Origin: an uncultured Planctomycetia bacterium
GTDB taxonomy: Bacteria > Omnitrophota > Gorgyraeia > Duberdicusellales > 4484-171
Reading direction: 5' to 3'
DNA: 64,000 nucleotides
NCBI GenBank assembly: GCA_964489445.1
Contig: CAZAYU010000007.1
Span: 37,579-101,578 of the forward strand
The translations under genes were made by a program, and so were the position numbers. This document shows positions 57,997-64,000 of this stretch, one piece after another; position 1 is the stretch's first letter; each line of letters opens with the position of its first letter. The notes under the pieces were generated by a model. That model was given only the letters and a program-made list of their open reading frames with translations. It searched no databases and was not told where the DNA came from.

Positions 57997-59595
57997 CTAA
58001 CGTTTAAATCTGCCGGAGTTATTCTTTTTCTGCTTGGCACGTTCAACAATCGGACGCTTACTTGCCTTATTTTTTTTGAAAGCTTTTAATATCTTTTCTG
58101 CTTCTTCAAACAAAACAGTAATGAACGAAAAATTATCAAAGATCTTTAAATCTTTTATTTTTCGCTGGTCCACGCCAGAAACTTCTTTAATCATCTCTGT
58201 TAATTCTCGAGAGTCCATTCCATCGACTTTTCCCCGAGCGACAAACAACCGGGTAGTTCCTTTCATATCTACTGATAAATTACGAATTTCTCCGTAATTA
58301 GACACCTTTAGTTCATCATCAAAGGCATATTTGATAAATGCAGCAACCACCTCTTCCGGCTGGTTATCCGTTAATATTTGTTGAGCAAAATCAAGATACT
58401 CAGCACCGGTTTCAGATTTCATGATACCCACTAAATCATTTTTAATCCGTATTTTTTTCGAGCGGACAATATCTTCTACGGCAGGAAGCTTCCCTTTTCG
58501 AATACCTGTTTTAGTCATTCTTTCAATAAAAACTAACTTGCGATATTCTGCAGAAGTAATAAAAGTAATTGCTGTTCCTTCTTTGCCGGCACGCCCGGTT
58601 CTACCAATACGATGAATATACGACTCAGGATTTTGGGGAAGTGAATAGTTTATCACATGCGTTAAATTATTAATGTCAATACCTCTTGCAGCAACATCAG
58701 TTGCTACTAAAATATTAATCCGCTGTTGACGAAACTTATCCAAGATTCGCTCCCTCTGGTGCTGAGAGATGTCTCCATGTAGTCCTTCAGCATCATACCC
58801 GCGATTAGAAAGCTTTTTTGTTATTGTATCAACATCTATCTTAGTTCGGCAAAATATTAATCCATAAAACCCATGCTCGTTATCAATAATCCGACAAAGA
58901 GCTTCCAGCTTGTCAGAATTAGCAACCTCAAAATACATCTGGTCAGTTTTGCTAACCGTTAACTGCTCACCCTTGACCCGGACAACTTGATATTTCTGCA
59001 TATATTTTTTTGCTAAACGAATTATTCGTTCAGGGATAGTAGCTGAGAATAGTAATACTCTTTTTTCTTTTTTTGTACAGGACAAGATATATTCAACATC
59101 CTCGATAAATCCCATGTTCAGCATTTCATCAGCTTCATCAAGAATCGCGTATGAGATTTCCTTCAAGTTTAAGCTTCCTCTTTGTAAATGGTCTTTAATC
59201 CGCCCGGGAGTTCCTACAACAATGTCCACCCCACGACGTAAACGCCTAAGTTGTTGATCGATTGATTGACCACCATACACCGCAAGAATCTCTAAACGTT
59301 TTTTACCTTTTAAAGAATTAATTTCTTCGGAAACCTGTAATGCCAGCTCACGGGTAGGAGCAAGAATTAAAGCTTGGACAGACTTCCCCTTTCCGTCTAA
59401 TTTTTCAATTAATGGCAAACCAAACGCCGCTGTTTTCCCGGTTCCAGTTTGAGCCTGGCCCACAATATCACAGCCATCACTGATTAGCAGTGGAATAACC
59501 TTTTCCTGGATTTTAGTTGGCTCCTCAAACCCTTTTTTGCGTAATGCATCCAAAGCGCTGTCTGACAAGCCCAAATTCTTAAATTTTTCTAGCAT
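57997..59595 (-). CDS. deaD: DEAD-box ATP-dependent RNA helicase (DeaD/CsdA-like) with a C-terminal DbpA-type RNA-binding domain
   Basis: The helicase motifs AQTGTGKT, PTRELA, DEAD, SAT and HRIGRTGRAG are all present. Confidence 0.9.
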   Translation of the reverse strand: MLEKFKNLGLSDSALDALRKKGFEEPTKIQEKVIPLLISDGCDIVGQAQTGTGKTAAFGLPLIEKLDGKGKSVQALILAPTRELALQVSEEINSLKGKKRLEILAVYGGQSIDQQLRRLRRGVDIVVGTPGRIKDHLQRGSLNLKEISYAILDEADEMLNMGFIEDVEYILSCTKKEKRVLLFSATIPERIIRLAKKYMQKYQVVRVKGEQLTVSKTDQMYFEVANSDKLEALCRIIDNEHGFYGLIFCRTKIDVDTITKKLSNRGYDAEGLHGDISQHQRERILDKFRQQRINILVATDVAARGIDINNLTHVINYSLPQNPESYIHRIGRTGRAGKEGTAITFITSAEYRKLVFIERMTKTGIRKGKLPAVEDIVRSKKIRIKNDLVGIMKSETGAEYLDFAQQILTDNQPEEVVAAFIKYAFDDELKVSNYGEIRNLSVDMKGTTRLFVARGKVDGMDSRELTEMIKEVSGVDQRKIKDLKIFDNFSFITVLFEEAEKILKAFKKNKASKRPIVERAKQKKNNSGRFKR

Positions 59596-59711
59596 TTTTA
59601 CCTCATTTTTTTTTGCAGCATCTGGTTATAAAACAACTCGTACCAGTTAGCGTACAACGTGCTCTTTATTGTATCATATAAATACGATAATCAAGTAAAA
59701 TAACCAAACAT

Positions 59712-60179
59712 CTATTTTTTAAATTTTAAACTAAATAGCTCATCAATTTTATCGATTAGGTCATTACGCTGTTGATTGGCAATATCTATTTTTTTCTTAA
59801 CCTGCCCAATGTCCGCCATTGAAACATCTTCTCTTCGAGCTTCATCTTCTAAACGCCATAATTCTAAATTCTTTAGGGAAAGTCGATCAATTGCCCGCGA
59901 GATAAACTTTATTTGATCAGCGCTGTGTGTAAACTTTGAATGATTGTAAAGTTTTAACTTTTCTTCTCTTAATTTTCCTATACGCTGAGTGGCAGTTGAC
60001 AAAAACTCTTCTATCTCTTCTAGTAGCAATTTTTTTTGCTTCTTTAATATTTTAAGATTTTCTTCTGCCTTATTTGCATCTTTCTTGTTGGAATTTTTAA
60101 AGCAATTTTTTTTAAGATGAAATTCGCGGATATTCTTTATGCTCAACTTATCGATTAAACTTCCTAATGTTTCAGCCAT
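59712..60179 (-). CDS. Hypothetical coiled-coil protein (155 aa)
   Basis: It is Lys/Glu-rich with a heptad pattern and lies upstream of the GT9 gene. Confidence 0.3.
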   Translation of the reverse strand: MAETLGSLIDKLSIKNIREFHLKKNCFKNSNKKDANKAEENLKILKKQKKLLLEEIEEFLSTATQRIGKLREEKLKLYNHSKFTHSADQIKFISRAIDRLSLKNLELWRLEDEARREDVSMADIGQVKKKIDIANQQRNDLIDKIDELFSLKFKK

Positions 60180-60190
60180 AATTCTCCTCT

Positions 60191-61204
60191 TTATTCTGTA
60201 GTACCTAACTTTTTTTCAACCTTCTCAACAACGTCATCTACTTCGATATCTTCCATACACGCGCCATAAACAAACTCTTTATCACATAACCGTTTTTTGC
60301 CGTAAGGATAACAAAAAACACAATCACGTTTTTTTCTAGCAGTCATCACATCTTTTCGATGAAAATAGGGATAAAATCGCTCAATAGATGTCGGACCATA
60401 CAACCCAATAGTTTCTACGCCCAAGCAGCTAGACAAGTGCAACAGGCTTGAATCCGGACCAATAAATAGCGATGAACGCTTAATTAGCGCCATAGCCTGT
60501 TTTAAAGTTGTTTCTTCTCCGGAAACAATATCTTGAGAAATTTGCTTAGACAAATTGCACGCAGGATAGTTGCTGGACTTTTTACTAAGATTTATCAATC
60601 TTATTTGATATTTTTTATTGAGCTTACCAGCTAATTCGTTCCATTTCGCAACCGGCCAATTCTTTAATGACCAAGCCGAAAACGGAAGTATGGTAATAAA
60701 TTTATCAGTAGAGTTAATTTTATGTTTTTTTAAAAATGTTTTAGAGAAATCATCTTCTTCACAAGCCAACCTAAAATTAAACAATGGCTGCCCAACACTT
60801 ACATTATTTATTTTTAAAAACTGAAGGTACGCATCCACAATATGGTTTTTCTTTAGGGCTAGCTTATATTTGCGGCAGCAATCTTGGAAACTCCAGGAAA
60901 CAGGAATGTTTAAAAACTTATGCATCAGTGTACTTCTTAAGACAATTGCTAAGGAAAATTTTTGCTTGTTCAACAAAGACATTAAGCGCATCCGTCCAGA
61001 TAAGCCTTTGTCTTTTAAATGCTTATCGAAGGTAACTATCCTGCTGACACCCGGATATCCATCAACTATATTTGCTGAATGCGAAGAAGTAAGAAAGGAA
61101 ATCTTTGCATTTAAAAAATGTTCTCTCAGGGCCTTAACCAATAAAAGATCATAGCAAACATCTCCAATGTTCGAACGTCCGATAATTAAAATATTATTAT
61201 CCAT
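60191..61204 (-). CDS. Glycosyltransferase family 9 (LPS heptosyltransferase-like)
   Basis: The N-terminus ILIIGRSNIGDVCYDLLLVKALRE and the overall GT9 two-domain layout fit the family; the protein is 337 aa. Confidence 0.75.
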   Translation of the reverse strand: MDNNILIIGRSNIGDVCYDLLLVKALREHFLNAKISFLTSSHSANIVDGYPGVSRIVTFDKHLKDKGLSGRMRLMSLLNKQKFSLAIVLRSTLMHKFLNIPVSWSFQDCCRKYKLALKKNHIVDAYLQFLKINNVSVGQPLFNFRLACEEDDFSKTFLKKHKINSTDKFITILPFSAWSLKNWPVAKWNELAGKLNKKYQIRLINLSKKSSNYPACNLSKQISQDIVSGEETTLKQAMALIKRSSLFIGPDSSLLHLSSCLGVETIGLYGPTSIERFYPYFHRKDVMTARKKRDCVFCYPYGKKRLCDKEFVYGACMEDIEVDDVVEKVEKKLGTTE

Positions 61205-61503
61205 TACTATTTAGTGCAATCTCTTTAATAAAAGCTAAACCCTGAATTATTTTTTTATATGTATTTTTCAAAAACCAATATCCGGCTAAAATGGAAATAA
61301 TATTGTAAGTTTTTTTATCATACAACCATATTAAAAAAACAGTTTCACCATAACCTAGACTAAATAACCAGCTCTAAAGATAGAACTTAATCCCTTCTTA
61401 TTATAGCAGAATTTTAAATATTGAAAAAAGAAGATTAACGAATTACATTCTACACATAAAGTCTTGGCGGTTATTTAAAGAAATAATAATCCATTAAATA
61501 TTA

Positions 61504-63588
61504 TTATTTCTTTTTTTCTTCGATAATTTTCTGTGAAATCTCATGCGGAACTTCTACGTATTTTTCAAAATGCATTGAATACGCTGCTCTTCCACTACTC
61601 AATGAACGCAAAGCGGTAGCATACCCAAACATTTCCGATAGAGGCGCTTCCGCAGAAATTATTTGCTGATTAGGTTTTGCTTCTATGCCTAGTACTTTCC
61701 CACGTCGAGAGCAAATATTGCCAACAATATTACCAACATATTCCTCTGGCGTTACAACTTCCAATGACATATACGGCTCAAGTAATACCGGAACACACTT
61801 CATAAACGCTCGTTTAAAACACTCAGACGCTGCTACCTTAAAGGCAATTTCCGAGGAATCAACATCGTGATGAGATCCATCCACCAAGTCAACCTTAACA
61901 TCAACCACCGAAAAACCAGCATATACTCCTCGCTGCATTACTTCGATCACCCCTTTCTCAACAGGAGGGATATATTCTTTCGGTATTCTTCCTCCGGTAA
62001 TACTATTTTTAAACTCAAATCCTTCACCAGGAGCAGCAGGCGAGATCTCCATTACTACGTGACCGTATTGCCCTCTTCCTCCGGTTTGTTTGATATGCTT
62101 ATAGTTTTCAGTAGTTGACTTTAATATCGTCTCACGATAAGCAACCTTTGGTTGTCCAACTTCTGCCTCGACCTTAAATTCCTGTTTTAACCGGTCAACA
62201 ATTACTTCTAAATGTAATTCACCCATCCCGGAGATAATTACCTCATCAGTTTCCTTATCAGTATGTACAGTGAATGTTGGGTCTTCTTCGGCTAATTTTA
62301 CCAATGACTTGGATAACTTATCTTGATCATTCCGACCTTCAGTTTTAACGCTAATTGACATAACCGGAGCCGGAAACTCAATAGCTTCCAATAAAATCGG
62401 ATTAGCCACGTCGGAAAGAGTGTCACCAGTTACCGTACGATCTAGGCCAATAATTGCTGCAATGTCTCCAGCGTAGATATCTGGACGACTTTCACGTTGA
62501 TTTGCATGCATCTGTAGTATCCTTCCAGCTCTTTCTTTCCGATCTTTAGTAACATTAAGCACATACGAGCCAGCTTCTAATTTTCCAGAATAAACCCTAA
62601 AATAAACTAACTTTCCCATATGCGGGTCAGCCTGAACTTTAAACGCTAACGCTGAAAATGGCTCTTCATCTAAAGGTTTTCTGAATATTTTTTTCTCTGA
62701 ATCATCCGGATCCGTGCCTTCTACAGGAGGTAAATCAGAAGGCGCTGGAAGATATTTATTGACTGCATCCAACAGCATCTGGACGCCTTTATTCTTAAAC
62801 GCCGAACCACATAATGCCGGAACAATTTTATTAGCTATTGTTCCTTTACGTATACTAGAAAGTAGCTCATCAATGGTAATCGAATCTTCTGATTCGAGAT
62901 ATTTCTCCATCAACGAATCTTCTAATTCTACTGCTTTCTCCAGCATGATATGTCGATATTTACGAGCAACTTCCTGATATTCTTCAGGAATTTCCGCTGT
63001 TCGAAAATCTTTGCCCATTGAATCATCATCATAGATACAGGCCTTCATTTGGATAAGATCAATTATTCCAGAAAATTTATCTTCCGAGCCAATAGGAATC
63101 TGTAACGGAATTACATTGGCATTTAAGTCTTTCTCAATGTTTTCTACAACTCCGAAAAAATCTGCACCAACGCGATCCATTTTATTAATAAAAGCAATTT
63201 TAGGAACTTCATATTTATCGGACTGCCGCCAAACTGTTTCTGACTGTGGCTCTACGCCTCCTACAGCACAAAACACAGCTACAGCGCCGTCTAGAACTCT
63301 TAATGACCGTTCTACTTCTACAGTAAAATCTACATGTCCAGGGGTATCAATAATATTTATCCGGTGATCTTGCCAAAAACAAGTAGTAGCCGCTGAGGTA
63401 ATCGTAATCCCTCGTTCTTGCTCCTGCTTCATCCAATCCATTTGCGCTTTTCCATCATGCACCTCTCCAATTTTATGAGAACGACCGGTATAAAACAATA
63501 TTCTTTCGGTAAGAGTAGTTTTTCCGGCATCAATATGAGCCATAATGCCGATATTACGGACTTTGGATAGATCAATCAAGCGAGGCAT
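61504..63588 (-). CDS. fusA: Elongation factor G (not in the rpsL-rpsG-fusA-tuf context, possibly an EF-G paralogue)
   Basis: AHIDAGKTT and DTPGHVDF are present, the protein is 694 aa and all five EF-G domains are recognisable. Confidence 0.9.
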   Translation of the reverse strand: MPRLIDLSKVRNIGIMAHIDAGKTTLTERILFYTGRSHKIGEVHDGKAQMDWMKQEQERGITITSAATTCFWQDHRINIIDTPGHVDFTVEVERSLRVLDGAVAVFCAVGGVEPQSETVWRQSDKYEVPKIAFINKMDRVGADFFGVVENIEKDLNANVIPLQIPIGSEDKFSGIIDLIQMKACIYDDDSMGKDFRTAEIPEEYQEVARKYRHIMLEKAVELEDSLMEKYLESEDSITIDELLSSIRKGTIANKIVPALCGSAFKNKGVQMLLDAVNKYLPAPSDLPPVEGTDPDDSEKKIFRKPLDEEPFSALAFKVQADPHMGKLVYFRVYSGKLEAGSYVLNVTKDRKERAGRILQMHANQRESRPDIYAGDIAAIIGLDRTVTGDTLSDVANPILLEAIEFPAPVMSISVKTEGRNDQDKLSKSLVKLAEEDPTFTVHTDKETDEVIISGMGELHLEVIVDRLKQEFKVEAEVGQPKVAYRETILKSTTENYKHIKQTGGRGQYGHVVMEISPAAPGEGFEFKNSITGGRIPKEYIPPVEKGVIEVMQRGVYAGFSVVDVKVDLVDGSHHDVDSSEIAFKVAASECFKRAFMKCVPVLLEPYMSLEVVTPEEYVGNIVGNICSRRGKVLGIEAKPNQQIISAEAPLSEMFGYATALRSLSSGRAAYSMHFEKYVEVPHEISQKIIEEKKK

Positions 63589-63727
63589 TCCAGTACTCCT
63601 TTTTTAATTTTACTTTTATTTGGTTATCAAATAATAAATTAGCACGAAGTATCTATTGTAGCTAGAATAAAGATAAAATCAACCTTTTTTTAAAAAACAA
63701 TTAACACGGGTTACATTGGAAGAAGAA

Positions 63728-64000
63728 TCAGTCCGCCCACAAATGATACCGACGCCCCATTTGCGTATTAATAACCGTGTGCTTATCGGGAGCGACTCTC
63801 AACGCCTCATGGATTGATCGGTCAAAAGTGTAGAGCTCAGCATGTTTACCGTAACGCTCTTTTATCTCCGAAATAACTTCCGCAAAATCAGAATCCCCTG
63901 AAACAAGTGCTAAAGTATCATAGTGGTCTTTAACAGCCTTACTGAACATGTCTAAGGCAATTTTCACATCTAGCCCCTTCTGAATCCAATCCTTATTATA
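63728..64000 (-). CDS. NYN/LabA-like domain protein, C-terminal part (the gene continues beyond the right edge)
   Basis: The frame stays open upstream of the annotated GTG to position 64000 (...YNKDWIQKGLDVKIALDMFSKAVKDHYDTLALVSGDSDF), and LVSGDSDF is the NYN/LabA signature. Confidence 0.5.
   Translation of the reverse strand, partial: YNKDWIQKGLDVKIALDMFSKAVKDHYDTLALVSGDSDFAEVISEIKERYGKHAELYTFDRSIHEALRVAPDKHTVINTQMGRRYHLWAD

Noticed and set aside
61474-61504. 11-bp AT-only inverted repeat GAAATAATAAT...ATTATTATTTC overlapping the fusA stop
   Set aside because: A pure A/T stem has negligible stability, so I did not call it a terminator
1-64000. tRNA, tmRNA, SRP RNA, RNase P RNA and CRISPR repeats
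   Set aside because: I scanned the intergenic regions by eye for the T-loop GTTCRA, for tmRNA tag and SRP/RNase P conserved boxes, and for regularly spaced direct repeats, and found none

Overview
The window is low-GC (roughly one-third GC by eye) bacterial chromosome, and nearly every gene is on the minus strand; only the polyprenyl synthase and ispH at 37.5-39.5 kb are on the plus strand. The gene content points to an anaerobe, with rubrerythrin, rubredoxin, a flavodiiron protein, superoxide reductase, hybrid-cluster protein, class I FbaB aldolase and the trehalose synthase TreT. Reading 5'->3' on the plus strand, it holds: (i) two tandem GGDEF cyclases, a sugar-type ABC ATPase, accD, DUF1015 and FmdB; (ii) a heat-shock supercluster (dnaJ-dnaK-grpE-hrcA preceded by a CIRCE, then hpf and clpB, a decayed Hsp20 gene behind a second, perfect CIRCE, and a MerR/HspR-like regulator); (iii) hflX-miaA, a TPR/SPOR protein and a TRAM-less MiaB-family enzyme; (iv) an accessory defence island (Xis-like HTH protein, a HEPN/MNT toxin-antitoxin pair with an HTH-fused antitoxin, and an AbiEi/AbiEii module with an unusually long AbiEii); (v) a higher-GC, apparently foreign block carrying YHS-CopA, a Met-rich periplasmic protein, an LDH/MDH gene remnant, an esterase and a secreted Fe/Mn SOD, bracketed by two ~125-bp direct repeats (~97% identical) that are duplicated promoter/5'UTR copies; (vi) pcm, an NTF2-like protein, a NapH-like polyferredoxin, a CDF transporter, DUF481, two nitroreductases, a Psd-like protein, treT, ferritin and SOR; (vii) polyprenyl synthase and ispH on the plus strand, an FtsX permease fragment, nifU-nifS, fbaB, a DUF1302/DUF1329/RND module and feoAB; (viii) an oxidative/nitrosative stress block (PNPOx-like, rubrerythrin, FDP, an unannotated rubredoxin, an FNR-like reductase, hcp and an Rrf2 regulator); (ix) a UPF0016 half-transporter, plsC, deaD, a GT9 heptosyltransferase, an EF-G that is not in the str operon, and a partial NYN-domain gene at the right edge. 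Signals the ORF track does not explain include a GC-rich motif ACGG(Y)CAGCC that recurs four times just upstream of minus-strand operons, a conserved extended -10 promoter (TTAC..-N16-TGTTATAAT) used four times, a perfect 15-bp inverted repeat in front of the rubredoxin/FDP operon, an operator-like palindrome at the MNT antitoxin start, and several gene remnants (Hsp20, LDH/MDH, FtsX). No rRNA, tRNA, CRISPR array, transposase or integrase was recognised by eye.
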